From Candidatus Eiseniibacteriota bacterium (GTDB lineage Bacteria > Eisenbacteria > RBG-16-71-46 > CAVPCR01): a stretch of 64,000 nucleotides of DNA. Numbering within the stretch: position 1 is the first letter of the stretch; each line of letters begins with the position of its first letter. Shown piece by piece: positions 1 through 9,521 of this stretch. The DNA lies in the NCBI GenBank assembly GCA_963702435.1, contig CAVPCR010000002.1:608001-672000 (forward strand), written 5' to 3'. Both the position numbers and the translations under genes were made by a program. The notes beneath the pieces are model-generated. The model was not told where the DNA came from. It saw only the letters and a list, made by a program, of their open reading frames with translations, and did not search any database.

Positions 1-945
1 ACGCCGCGCCACGCCCGCCCGCCGCGCCGCGCCCGCTGCGCCCGCTGCGCCCGCCGCGCCCTTCCCGCGCAGCTCTGCGGCCGGCTCGTTCCCGGGCAGC
101 ACGCTCGCGAACAGCCAGAAGCCGAACGTGGCGAGGAGCCCGATGTAAGCGAGCTGCGGGTGGCCCGCAAGGCCCGTCATGGCGGCGGCGAGCCCGGTGC
201 GGAGGAACGACATGCGATCGCGACCGCGGCTGGCCGCGATGTCGACGGCACCGCCCACGAGCCAGGGCAGCCAGGCGGCGGCCGACACCATCGCCACGTG
301 CTTGAGATGCGCCAGCATGAAGCCGCCGGCGGCAAAGGAGAGCGCGGCGAAGAATTGCGCCGGCGGCGGCATCCGTTCGTGGCGCAGGAGATGGAGGACG
401 CCGAGCCCGCCGAGAACGAGGTGCAGGAAGAGGCTCAGATGGACGGCGGCGGCCGCGCTCCCGGTCAGGGCCAGGAGCCAGTTCGGCGGGTAGTAGAAGC
501 CGGCCTCGGGGGCGGCGTGGAGCGGAAAGCCCGAGTAGATGCCGGGGCACCAGAAGAGCGACGCGTTCCCGGCGAGCGCACGCTGGAGCACGGAATGAAA
601 CGGGAGGCCGGCCATCGTCACGTCGCTCACGAAACCGTCGTCGGTGACGAGCACGCGGTCGGGAGCGAGGAGCGGCCAGGTCACGACCGCGAGCGCGCAG
701 ACGAGCGCGAAGAAGGCGAGGGCGCTCGGGCGGCGGGCGCGCGCGAGGTCGATCTTCAACCCGTGCGGCGAACCGCCCGCCCGGTCGGCGCCTGCGTTCG
801 TCGCGGCTGCCGTTTCGGCGCCCACTCCCGCGGCCGCGTCCGCGGCCGAGTCGCCCCCTCCGGCGGCAGCTCCCGCAGCGGGCCCGAGCCCGGCGGAAAC
901 TCCCTCGCGGGCGGAGGCGCGGTCTCGGCTCTTCGACTTGCCCAA
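1..945 (-). CDS. YfhO-family (GT-C-like) membrane protein, 5' part; runs off the window edge
   Basis: Not in the ORF track. Manual minus-strand translation gives a TM segment followed by LFWCPGIYSGFPLHAAPEAGFYYPPNWLL, typical of YfhO N-termini. TTG at 945 follows GAGGGA. Confidence 0.7.
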   Translation of the reverse strand, partial: MGKSKSRDRASAREGVSAGLGPAAGAAAGGGDSAADAAAGVGAETAAATNAGADRAGGSPHGLKIDLARARRPSALAFFALVCALAVVTWPLLAPDRVLVTDDGFVSDVTMAGLPFHSVLQRALAGNASLFWCPGIYSGFPLHAAPEAGFYYPPNWLLALTGSAAAAVHLSLFLHLVLGGLGVLHLLRHERMPPPAQFFAALSFAAGGFMLAHLKHVAMVSAAAWLPWLVGGAVDIAASRGRDRMSFLRTGLAAAMTGLAGHPQLAYIGLLATFGFWLFASVLPGNEPAAELRGKGAAGAAGAAGAARRAGVARR

Positions 946-1013
946 TCGATTCCCTCGCCGGACGTGGGTGACTTGGGTGACGCGATCGAAAGCAAGCGGC
1001 GCGAAGCCGCGCC

Positions 1014-1757
1014 ATGATAGCATCACCGCCCGTGGACGCCACCCGCCAGCGCTACCTCAAGACCTACTGGGAGCGGCAGCTCGACCTGATCGACGCCATG
1101 CTCGCTCCGCACCGGCGCCCCGACGCGGTCCTCCTCGACGTGGGCTGCGGCATCGGCCGGAACGCCGCGCGCTTCGCCGCGGGGTTCGGGCGCTACATCG
1201 GCCTGAACCTCGATGCCGAGGAGCTGGTGACCGCCCGCGACCGGAACCCCGATCGGCGCTTCGAGTTCGTACGCGGCGACGCCATGGACATGGCGGCGAT
1301 CCCGGACGCGAGCGCCGACGCAGCGCTCCTCATCTTCGTCCTCGAGCACATCGCCGACCCGCCGCGGCTGTTCGCCGAGCTGGCGCGCGTGCTCGCGCCC
1401 GGCGGCGGTGCGGTCTTGGTCGCCCCGAATCTCTGGAACGTGAACTCGCTCGTGATCCGCGCCCTGCCTGCCGGTGCGCGGCTCGCGATCAAGCGCGTCC
1501 TGACCGGCAAGGACGAGCCGCCCGACTACCCCATCTACTATCGCTGCAACACGGTCGCGCACATGGACCGGGTCGCCGCAGCGCATGGCTTTGCCCGCGA
1601 GCGGCTCGAGATGCTGACGAGCCTCGGTTACTTCTTCCGCTTCCCGGGCTTCTATGCCTGGCACCGGCTCACCGATCTCGTGACCGCGCTCCCGGGGCTC
1701 CGCCGCGGTCGCGAGTTCATCTTCGTCTCGTACCGGAAGATGGATCGCATGTCATGA
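1014..1757 (+). CDS. Class I SAM-dependent methyltransferase
   Basis: LLDVGCGIG motif I; VLEHIADP...RVLAPGG. The true start may be GTG at 1032. Confidence 0.9.
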   Translation: MIASPPVDATRQRYLKTYWERQLDLIDAMLAPHRRPDAVLLDVGCGIGRNAARFAAGFGRYIGLNLDAEELVTARDRNPDRRFEFVRGDAMDMAAIPDASADAALLIFVLEHIADPPRLFAELARVLAPGGGAVLVAPNLWNVNSLVIRALPAGARLAIKRVLTGKDEPPDYPIYYRCNTVAHMDRVAAAHGFARERLEMLTSLGYFFRFPGFYAWHRLTDLVTALPGLRRGREFIFVSYRKMDRMS

Positions 1758-2110
1758 AGCGTCCCGGCTCCGATATCGATCCGCTCCTCGCCGCCGAGCT
1801 CGCGCGCGCCGCGCCCGGCGAGCGGGTGGAGGCGCTTCTCCTCGTCCGCGGCGATGCGCGGGCGAGCCTGGCCGACGCGCAGGCGGACTTCCCCCGCCCC
1901 ACCATGCCCCGCCCCACCATGCCCCGCCCCGCCGTCGCCTTCCCCGCCTTCGTCCGCGCCGCGCTGGGCGCGACCGCGCCCGCCGCCGTCGAGATCCGCC
2001 CCTTCCCCGCCCTCGGCGCGGTCTACGTCGCCGGACCAGTCGAGTTCATGCGGCGCCTCCTCGCCGCGCCGGAGATCGCCTCCGCCACCCTCCCCGACGC
2101 CAGCGAGTGA
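1754..2110 (+). CDS. Hypothetical protein
   Basis: ATGA overlap with the methyltransferase stop; C-terminal part of ORF 644..2110; contains a duplicated PRPTM. Confidence 0.55.
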   Translation: MKRPGSDIDPLLAAELARAAPGERVEALLLVRGDARASLADAQADFPRPTMPRPTMPRPAVAFPAFVRAALGATAPAAVEIRPFPALGAVYVAGPVEFMRRLLAAPEIASATLPDASE

Positions 2111-2124
2111 AACCGACCGCCCCG

Positions 2125-2133
2125 TGCTAGACT
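2125..2133 (+). promoter_or_regulatory. Putative extended -10 element (TGcTAGACT)
   Basis: Matches TGnTAnnnT about 95 nt upstream of the DUF948 gene; the same 9-mer recurs at 24312 and 27654 on the minus strand. Confidence 0.5.
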
Positions 2134-2229
2134 GCCGGCGGTGCGATGCTCGGGTATCTCCCGACTCGGGCAGCAGACCGGACCGGCCAATCCTGGTCAG
2201 CGCAAGGGGACCTACCTCGGGAAGGGCTC

Positions 2230-2718
2230 ATGGACACGCATCTTCTTCTCGCCGCTGCCATCTTGCTCCTCCTCGTCGTGCAAGCGCTCGCGCTCGTCGT
2301 CGCCGTGCGCATCCTCGGAAGGACGATGGGACAGGTTGTGATCACGCTCACGCAGCTGAGAGATGAGGTTACGGCGACGCTCCACCAGACGCGCGCGACG
2401 CTCGACCGCGTGGAGAAGCTCGCGCGCTCCTCCGACCAGATGGTCACCTCCGAACTCACGCCCGCGCTCGCCGCGGCCCGCTCGATGATCGGCGAGGTCG
2501 AAAGCTCGGCGCGCGATATCCGCGCGGGCGTGGACGGTATCCAGAACACCGTCCGCTCGGTGACCTCGGCGGGAGGATCGAGTGTGCTTTCTTTCGTGGC
2601 ACAGACGCTGTTCAAGAAAAGTGGTAAACTAGGAATGCTGGCTATAGGCCTTGGCGCGGCCATGCGGGCCCTCACGGCCCCCTCGCGCCGCCAGGCCAGG
2701 GCCAAGAAGGGGAGGTGA
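2230..2718 (+). CDS. DUF948/YoxC-like membrane-anchored coiled-coil protein
   Basis: N-terminal TM plus coiled coil; sits directly upstream of a YtxH gene. Confidence 0.7.
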   Translation: MDTHLLLAAAILLLLVVQALALVVAVRILGRTMGQVVITLTQLRDEVTATLHQTRATLDRVEKLARSSDQMVTSELTPALAAARSMIGEVESSARDIRAGVDGIQNTVRSVTSAGGSSVLSFVAQTLFKKSGKLGMLAIGLGAAMRALTAPSRRQARAKKGR

Positions 2719-2721
2719 CCC

Positions 2722-3003
2722 ATGGGACAAGACGATCGTGACCGGAACCTTATCGTGACCGTGCTCGCCGGCGTCGGCCTCGGCGCCATCATCGGCGCCA
2801 TCGCCGGCATCCTGTTCGCCCCGCGCTCGGGCGCCGAGACGCGGGAGAAGCTCGGCGTGACGATCGAGGGCCTCGGCACCCGACTCGGCGATCTCTCCGA
2901 AGATGTGGGGACGCGCGTGCGCTCGGCCGTCAAGGCCGGTCGGGCCGCCGTGGCCGGGGATTCGTCGGGAGCGGAAGAGGGCGGCGATCGGATGGGCGCC
3001 TAG
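2722..3003 (+). CDS. YtxH domain-containing protein
   Basis: GAIIGAIAGILFAPRSGAETREKL signature; GGGAGG RBS. Confidence 0.9.
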   Translation: MGQDDRDRNLIVTVLAGVGLGAIIGAIAGILFAPRSGAETREKLGVTIEGLGTRLGDLSEDVGTRVRSAVKAGRAAVAGDSSGAEEGGDRMGA

Positions 3004-3048
3004 CGCTCAGCCTCGGCGTCGTAGGCCGACGACTTACGATCCGAAAAC

Positions 3049-3087
3049 GCAAGGCTCCGTGCGGGGAGAACCCGCCCGGAGCCTTGC
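3049..3087. terminator. Hairpin between convergent YtxH and pilB, probable terminator
   Basis: GCAAGGCTCCG...CGGAGCCTTGC stem, followed by GTTTT on the minus strand. Confidence 0.6.
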
Positions 3088-3165
3088 CATTCCCATCGCC
3101 GTGGGTCGTGGTAGCCGGCCCGCCCACCGACGCCCCGCCGGGGTCGCGGCCGCCCGTCGCCCGCG

Positions 3166-4854
3166 CTAGCCGCGGTCGGCCGCCGTCTCCTTCAGCACCT
3201 CGCCCGCGCTCGTGGTGCCGCTTCGCACCTTGAGCACGCCGTCCATGCGCAACGTGAGCATCCCCTCGTCGACCGCCTGCTTCTTGACCTGTGACGCCGG
3301 CGCCCGATCGAGGATCAGGTCGCGCACCGCGGGCGAGATAGGCAGCACCTCGTAGAGGCCCTGCCGCCCGCGGAAGCCGGTGTTGGCGCAGTCGACGCAG
3401 CCGTGCGGCTCGTACACCTGGATCGGTTCCACGTCCGGGATGCCGAGCTCGCGCATGGCCTCCTCGTGGAGCATGACCTCCTTCTTGCAGTTCCCGCACA
3501 GCCGGCGCACCAGACGCTGGGCCACGATGACGTTGGTCGAGGCGCTGACCAGGAAGGGCTCGACCCCCATGTCGATGAGACGGCTGACCGTGGCCGGCGC
3601 GTCGTTCGTGTGCAGCGTCGAGAGCACGAGGTGGCCGGTGAGGGCCGCCTTGATCGCGATCGACGCCGTCTCCAGGTCGCGGATCTCGCCGACCATGATG
3701 ATGTTCGGGTCCTGGCGCAGGAAAGCGCGGAGCGCGGCCGCGAAGGTGAGGCCGATCTCGTCGTTGATCTGGACCTGGTTGATGCCCTCGATGTTGTACT
3801 CGACCGGATCTTCCGCCGTCATGATGTTGGTGCCAACCACGCTGATGCGGGAGAGCGCCGAGTAGAGCGTGGTCGTCTTGCCGCTCCCGGTCGGGCCGGT
3901 CACCAGCACCATGCCGTAGGGCTGGTCGATGGCGTGGAGCAGGTCCTTGAACGCCTTCTCGGTCAGACCGAACTGGGTGAGGTCGATGCGCAGGTTGCTC
4001 TTGTCGAGGATGCGCATGACCACCTTCTCGCCGAAGATGGTGGGCAGCGACGACACGCGCAGGTCAATCGTCTTCTCCATGATCTTGATCTTGATGCGCC
4101 CGTCCTGCGGGACGCGTCGCTCGGCGATGTTGAGCTCAGACATGATCTTGATGCGCGAGATGATGGCCGCCTTCATCCGGAACGGAGGCGACATCACCTC
4201 GTAGAGCGTGCCGTCGATGCGGTAGCGCACGCGCATGTGCTTCTCGTACGGCTCGATGTGGATGTCGGAGGCGCCCTTGCGTACGGCGTCGGCGAGCAGC
4301 GAGTTGACGAGCTTGACGACCGGGGCGGACTCGTCGCCCACCTCGCTCACGTCCATGTCCTCGTCGGACTGCTCGACGACCTCGAGCTCGTCGAGGCCCT
4401 GCATGTCCTGCATCACGCGCGCCATCGAGTCCGCCTGGTCGTAGTGGCGGTCGATCAGGCGCTTGATCGCGCTCTCCGCGGCGACCACCGGCTCCACCTC
4501 GCAGCCAGAGATGAACTTGATGTCGTCGATCGCGAAGATGTTGCCGGGATCGGCCATCGCTACCTGCAGGCGGCGGCCGTCCCGGCGGACCGGGAGAACC
4601 TGGAACTTGGTGGCGATGTCCTGCGGGATGAGTCGGATCGCCTCGGGGTCGACCGCGGTGTCGGCGAGGTTGATGCCCGGCACCTTGTAGATCCCGGCCA
4701 GCGCCTGCGTGAGCGCGTCCTCGGAGAGGATCCCGAGCTTGACCAAGTTCATGTTGAGGCTCCCGCCATGCACCTTCTGCTGGCGGGAGACGCGCTCGAG
4801 CGTGACCTCGTCGATGATTCCGACCTCGACGAGTTTCTGGCCGATGTCCTTCAC
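3166..4854 (-). CDS. pilB: Type IV-A pilus assembly ATPase PilB (GspE family)
   Basis: Walker A GPTGSGKTT, RQDPNIIMVGEIRD, His box, CxxC pairs, MshEN-like N-terminus; GTG start after GGAGAG. Confidence 0.95.
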   Translation of the reverse strand: MKDIGQKLVEVGIIDEVTLERVSRQQKVHGGSLNMNLVKLGILSEDALTQALAGIYKVPGINLADTAVDPEAIRLIPQDIATKFQVLPVRRDGRRLQVAMADPGNIFAIDDIKFISGCEVEPVVAAESAIKRLIDRHYDQADSMARVMQDMQGLDELEVVEQSDEDMDVSEVGDESAPVVKLVNSLLADAVRKGASDIHIEPYEKHMRVRYRIDGTLYEVMSPPFRMKAAIISRIKIMSELNIAERRVPQDGRIKIKIMEKTIDLRVSSLPTIFGEKVVMRILDKSNLRIDLTQFGLTEKAFKDLLHAIDQPYGMVLVTGPTGSGKTTTLYSALSRISVVGTNIMTAEDPVEYNIEGINQVQINDEIGLTFAAALRAFLRQDPNIIMVGEIRDLETASIAIKAALTGHLVLSTLHTNDAPATVSRLIDMGVEPFLVSASTNVIVAQRLVRRLCGNCKKEVMLHEEAMRELGIPDVEPIQVYEPHGCVDCANTGFRGRQGLYEVLPISPAVRDLILDRAPASQVKKQAVDEGMLTLRMDGVLKVRSGTTSAGEVLKETAADRG

Positions 4855-4980
4855 TATGCTCTCCGACTCGGGCGACGACACATCCGGGAGTGGGCAGCGG
4901 CGGACCGGCGCCTGGGGGCGGCCCACCCAGCGGCATCCTGCAAGCGGCCGCATGCGGCCCACAGGTCCGTTCAGCGGGGG

Positions 4981-4996
4981 GCAAGATCCGTGCCCC
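4981..4996 (-). promoter_or_regulatory. Putative sigma-54 (-24/-12) promoter of pilB
   Basis: Minus strand reads GGGGCACGGATCTTGC, i.e. GG-N10-GC with GGCAC and TTGC cores, about 127 nt upstream of the start. Confidence 0.7.
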
Positions 4997-5129
4997 GCCG
5001 GCCACCGAAAAGTCGCCGAGCCCCCGGTCCAAGTCGCGTCGTGACATGGAGCTTCGCGGGCGCTCGGAGCGTTACCTGCGCTGCATCGAGATCGATCAGG
5101 GGGCCGTGCGCTGTGCACGCCTCCCCTCT

Positions 5130-5843
5130 TCATTCCGCGCGGGGCGTGGCAAACTCGAGCGGCGGCGCTCCGTGGCGCGGGCGGGTCGAATCGCCCACGG
5201 CGGGACCGGCCGCCGCGGTGGCGCCGGCGGGACCGGCCGCCGCGGTGGCGCCGGCGGGACCGGCCGCCGCGGTGGCGCCGCCCGTAGCGCCCGCAACAGT
5301 CGTGCCGTCCGCGCCGGTCGTGCCTGACGCTCTGCCCGCCGCCGAGCCGATGACGACGTCGCCCGCGAGCGCTTCAAGAGTCGCCGGGCCGATCCCCTTC
5401 ACGCGATCGAGATCGGCGATGGTCGCAAAGGGTCCGTTCGCCTCGCGGTCGGCGATGATCCGCTGCGCGAGCGCGGGTCCGATCCGCGGCAGCGTCTCGA
5501 GTTCCTCGGCCGTCGCCCGGTTCACATCCACGCGCCCGAAGGAGGCGGGCTCGATCGGCGTGATGGCGCTCCGGACCGCCGCCGGGAGCGCGGCGGCCGG
5601 CGCCGGCATCGAGGTGACCGACGAGTCCGGAGTGGCCGCCGCCGATGCTCCCGCTTCAATCCGCGCCTCCGCCGCGACCGGCGGATCGGTCGCGACCCCG
5701 GCCAGCCAGGGCTCGAGCCGATGGCGCGCCGCGCCGAGGAGAAGGAGCCCGACCGCGAGCCCGACGAGCCACTCCTCGCCCTCGGCCGGCGCAACAATCC
5801 GCAGGATGGCGTGATAAACGGCGGCAAGCACCCGCAAGGCCAA
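5130..5843 (-). CDS. comEA: ComEA-family helix-hairpin-helix DNA-binding protein
   Basis: VDVNRATAEELETLPRIGPALAQRII...DLDRVKGIGPATLE; N-terminal TM; start uncertain. Confidence 0.85.
   Translation of the reverse strand: MALRVLAAVYHAILRIVAPAEGEEWLVGLAVGLLLLGAARHRLEPWLAGVATDPPVAAEARIEAGASAAATPDSSVTSMPAPAAALPAAVRSAITPIEPASFGRVDVNRATAEELETLPRIGPALAQRIIADREANGPFATIADLDRVKGIGPATLEALAGDVVIGSAAGRASGTTGADGTTVAGATGGATAAAGPAGATAAAGPAGATAAAGPAVGDSTRPRHGAPPLEFATPRAE
5199..5279. repeat. 27-bp tandem repeat x3 in the comEA 3' end (GATAAAGPA)
   Basis: Three exact copies of ggcgggaccggccgccgcggtggcgcc. Confidence 0.9.
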
Positions 5844-5980
5844 GCTCCGCGGGGTCGCGGCGATCGCGCTCCGGACCGCCGGCGCGAAGGAATGCGGGCG
5901 GCGGTCAGCCGGGGGGATCCGCCGAGGTCAGTCGGTGCTCGGTTCCGATCGGTCGGCGCCCGGCTCCGATCGACCGGCAA

Positions 5981-8614
5981 TCAGTTGAGGAAACGCCAGC
6001 GGAAAACGAAGGCCGCGGCGCGCCCTGAGTCCACATAGGGGTCACCCGAGGTCGGCTCGATGACCGCGAGGTCGTAGCGCTGGTCGAGGAGGTTCCTCGT
6101 CCAGAGCTCGAGATCCGCATCCCCCGCCACGATCCCGACCACCGAGAGGTCGAGCCGGCCGTATCCGGGGAGCCGCGCGCCCGCGAAGTCGCCGCGCTCG
6201 CCGACCGCGAGGAACTCGATCCGCGGGTGGACGACGAGATCCCCGCCGAACCAGCTCCAGCGGAGCGACGCGAACGCCCGCCCGAGCGCCTCCGGCACGA
6301 AGGGAGCGACCCCGTTCCGGAAGAGCGCCGCGTCGCCGAAGTCATCGTCGGCAAAGAGCCGGCTGCCCCACACACCGGCCTCGAGCCCGAGCGGCCCGCC
6401 GCGCGCCGAGAAGGCCGCACGCACCTCCCAGTGCCGCGTCCGGCGCTCGACGAAGCTGAACTGCGGCCACGGCTCGCCGCTCACGTCCTCGCTCACAAAC
6501 GGCTGATGCGTGATCTCGCGACGCATCCCTTCGAGACCAAACGTCAGCCGCCCCTCGCGCGTGGCTCGCACGCCGTACGAGTCGTGTCGCTCCGGGATCG
6601 CTTCCGGATTCCCGGGAACGAGCACCTCCTGGTCGTAGGTCGGCGCGAGCTGGACCCGCCCGCCGCCGATTCCGACGAGGAAGTCCTCGGGCAGCGCGAC
6701 GAGGAGCTCCGCATGTCCGCCCGCGCTCGGCGCATGCCGGTCGCTCACGCGGAGCGAGCCGGCCACATCGAGCGCCAGCCGCTCGCCGATCTCGCCCAGG
6801 CCACCACGGGCCACTTCGAGGCCGCCGCGGCCGAGACGCGCGCCCGCCTCGCCCACGGCGCGGCTCACGCGCGGCGAGTAGACGCCGCCGGGATGCCGCA
6901 CCGAGAACCAGTCCTCCTCGCCGCTCGCGCGCCACCACAAGGGCCAGCGCGGGCGTGCCCACCCGTTCGCCTCGACAAGAAGCCCCTTCCGCTTGAATTC
7001 GACGCCGGGGAACTCGTCTCCCGACAGGCGGTCGTCGCGACCGGTCACTCGCAAGCCCCATGCCGGACCGAGCGTGTCGCCGGCGATCATGGTGAGCGCG
7101 GCGCCCTGATCGAAATGGCTGATCTCCCGCCCGTCTTTCCACTGGACCGGGGATTCGGCATTGCGGAGCGAGAGCGCGATGCGGGCGAAGTCGGCTGCCC
7201 ACGCCGCATCCAGCATCGCCAACCGCATTGCCGCATGCTCGATCGATCCGGTGCGCCCGTTGCGGGCGTTGTCGGCGCCGAACCCCCAGCTGAAGCGACC
7301 CTGCCGGTCTGCGAAGGTGACGCCGGCGGCGGCGAGACCGTAGCCGCCGGTCTCGACCGCGACTCGGCTCGCCGCCGAGGAGTCGCCCGCGGGCTCGGCC
7401 GGGGCGAGGCGCACCGATGGCGATTCCGCTCCGCGCCCCGGCGCATCGATCGAGCGGAGCTCGCCGGGACCGGCGAACGGCACGAAGCCGAGCCCCGGCC
7501 CCAGCCGGTCGAGGAGGAGACGCGAGAGATCGCGGCCCTCCATGCGCGGGGTGCGGAGCGTCCAGTCATCGGCGCGGAGCTCGGGCCAGGCGAACGAACC
7601 GGCGACGGCGAGCGCGCCGATCGGAGTCGAGAAGGTCGGCTCGGCCGCGTGCACGCCGGGCAGGCGTGACAGAAGATCGGTCGCCTGGTGGGCGCCCGCG
7701 CGGTCGATCTCGTGACGGCCGACGACGAGCGTGTCGCCGAGCGCGCGCAGGCGCATCCACGGCGGGCGATCGGCGGGCACCACCGCCGGGCGCTCCCCGA
7801 AGTGCGGCCCGCGGATCGGTGCGCGCAGTGAGTCGGGGATCGGTTCGCCGAGGTAGATCCCGCCGGGCGGGGGCGGCGCGGCGAGCGAATCGGGCCCAGC
7901 GGGAGCGGACTCGGGCCCGGGGGCAGGGGGTGACTCGAGCCCGGGGGCGGTGGGTGACCCGGGCCCGGGGGCGGCGAGCGAATCGGCGCCGGCGCGCGGC
8001 GCGCCCGCCTCACCGGGCTGCGCGGTTTGCGCGAACGCATCCCCCGCCCCGGCACCGGCCAGGAGCGCGAGGACCGCGAGCGCCGCCGCCATCCCGCCGC
8101 GGATCCCCATCTCCGCGAGCACGCGGAGCCCGCCGGCGCCGAGCACCGCGAACACGAACATGTTCGACACGATGTGCACGACGGAGAAGGCGAGCCCGCC
8201 GAGGACGGTGGCGCGGATCGGCCCGAGATGCACCCCGAGCGCGAGGTTGGTCAGGAAATCGAAGAAGATGGTCAGTACGAGCCCGATCCCGGCGAGGAGC
8301 GCCACGCGATAAGTTGCCTTGATCCGCAGTATCCGGCGACCGAGCAAACCGCCGGCAAGACCGGTCGCCGCCATCCCCACCACCTGCGCGACGAAGACGA
8401 GCGGCAGGGCCGGCCCGAGCGGATTCAGGCCCGAAACGAGGAGCTCGGCCGCCGCCCCGATCGCCGCTCCGGTCACCGGCCCGGTGGCGGCGCCGCCGAG
8501 GAAGATGGTGATGGTCACGAGCTCGACGTTCGGGAGGACGGCGCCCGCGAATCCGAGCCCGGCGGCGAGGGCGATGAAGAGCGCGGCCCGGGCGAGATGC
8601 GAGGAACGGTACAC
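5981..8614 (-). CDS. ECF transporter S-component (CbrT-like) fused to a TonB-dependent receptor-like beta-barrel
   Basis: N-terminal ~170 aa multi-TM with LPNVELVTITIFLGG...G...G; then a signal-like segment, a Pro-rich linker, plug-like RHEIDRAGAHQATDLLSRLPGV and C-terminal RNLLDQRY...GRAAAFVFRWRF. GTG lies 2 nt after the PHP stop. Confidence 0.7.
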   Translation of the reverse strand: MYRSSHLARAALFIALAAGLGFAGAVLPNVELVTITIFLGGAATGPVTGAAIGAAAELLVSGLNPLGPALPLVFVAQVVGMAATGLAGGLLGRRILRIKATYRVALLAGIGLVLTIFFDFLTNLALGVHLGPIRATVLGGLAFSVVHIVSNMFVFAVLGAGGLRVLAEMGIRGGMAAALAVLALLAGAGAGDAFAQTAQPGEAGAPRAGADSLAAPGPGSPTAPGLESPPAPGPESAPAGPDSLAAPPPPGGIYLGEPIPDSLRAPIRGPHFGERPAVVPADRPPWMRLRALGDTLVVGRHEIDRAGAHQATDLLSRLPGVHAAEPTFSTPIGALAVAGSFAWPELRADDWTLRTPRMEGRDLSRLLLDRLGPGLGFVPFAGPGELRSIDAPGRGAESPSVRLAPAEPAGDSSAASRVAVETGGYGLAAAGVTFADRQGRFSWGFGADNARNGRTGSIEHAAMRLAMLDAAWAADFARIALSLRNAESPVQWKDGREISHFDQGAALTMIAGDTLGPAWGLRVTGRDDRLSGDEFPGVEFKRKGLLVEANGWARPRWPLWWRASGEEDWFSVRHPGGVYSPRVSRAVGEAGARLGRGGLEVARGGLGEIGERLALDVAGSLRVSDRHAPSAGGHAELLVALPEDFLVGIGGGRVQLAPTYDQEVLVPGNPEAIPERHDSYGVRATREGRLTFGLEGMRREITHQPFVSEDVSGEPWPQFSFVERRTRHWEVRAAFSARGGPLGLEAGVWGSRLFADDDFGDAALFRNGVAPFVPEALGRAFASLRWSWFGGDLVVHPRIEFLAVGERGDFAGARLPGYGRLDLSVVGIVAGDADLELWTRNLLDQRYDLAVIEPTSGDPYVDSGRAAAFVFRWRFLN

Positions 8615-8615
8615 G

Positions 8616-9446
8616 CTAACGCGGGCGGGCGCGGGCGTGAAGCGGAGCGACGACCGCGAGCGGGACCGGCTGTGCGCCGACCGTGGAGTCGCCGCGGCCG
8701 GCGCCGTGGAAGTCGGATCCGCCGGTGACGAGGAGACCGAAGGTCTCGGCGGCGGCCATGTAGGTACGGACGCGCTGGGCATCGTGTTTCGGGTGCCAGA
8801 CCTCGATCCCGACAAGGCCGTGCGCGACGAGCGCCGGGATGAGGTCGTCGCGCCGGAGCGATCCCGGGTGCGCGAGCACCGGCACACCGCCCGCGCGCTT
8901 GACCAGGTCGATGGCTCCCGCCGGATCGAGCGTTCGCTTCGGCACGTAGGCGGGCGCATGATAGCCGATGTAGCGCTCGAACGCCTCGTCCATCGTCTCC
9001 ACATACCCCGCCTCGATCAACGCGGCGCCGATGTGCGGGCGGCCCAGCGGGGCGCCGGCCGCGATCGCCACCACGCGCTCGAGATGGAGCGACACGCCGA
9101 GCTGGGCGAGGAGATCGAGAATGTGCTCGCCGCGGACGAGCCGACCGTCGCGGAGGATGCGCAGCTCCTCGGCGAGGCCCGGCGTCGCCGTGTCGAGGTA
9201 GTAGCCGAGGATGTGCACGTCGGCCTGATGATCGGAGGCGGAGAGCTCGACGCCCGGGATGAAGTCGATCGCGGCCGTCTCGGCGGCGGCGGCGGCGGCG
9301 GGCAGGCCGTCTAGCGTGTCGTGATCGGTGATGGCGATCGCGGCGAGACGCGCCTGGCGGGCGAAGGCAACCACCTCCTCGGGCGTGTTCACGCCGTCGG
9401 AGCAGCTGGTGTGCAGATGAAGATCGACGTATCCGCTGGCCGTCAT
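8616..9446 (-). CDS. PHP-domain phosphoesterase (TrpH/YciV-like)
   Basis: DLHLHTSCSDG, AITDHDT, GRPHI, LAHP, TGGSDFHG. Confidence 0.92.
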   Translation of the reverse strand: MTASGYVDLHLHTSCSDGVNTPEEVVAFARQARLAAIAITDHDTLDGLPAAAAAAETAAIDFIPGVELSASDHQADVHILGYYLDTATPGLAEELRILRDGRLVRGEHILDLLAQLGVSLHLERVVAIAAGAPLGRPHIGAALIEAGYVETMDEAFERYIGYHAPAYVPKRTLDPAGAIDLVKRAGGVPVLAHPGSLRRDDLIPALVAHGLVGIEVWHPKHDAQRVRTYMAAAETFGLLVTGGSDFHGAGRGDSTVGAQPVPLAVVAPLHARARPR

Positions 9447-9521
9447 GGCTCCCGTCCGGTGGCGCGTGCTCCGCGCGCGAGGAGTCCCTTCCCCCCAGGC
9501 GGCCGGACGGCGCGGGCTGCG

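Noticed and set aside
160..1017. 285-aa plus-strand ORF
   Set aside because: Shadow of the YfhO-like gene on the minus strand.
3403..5814. 803-aa plus-strand ORF, and similar long ORFs opposite hutU, dinG and the Omp85 gene
   Set aside because: Antisense to well-supported genes; Arg/Gly-rich low-information translation.
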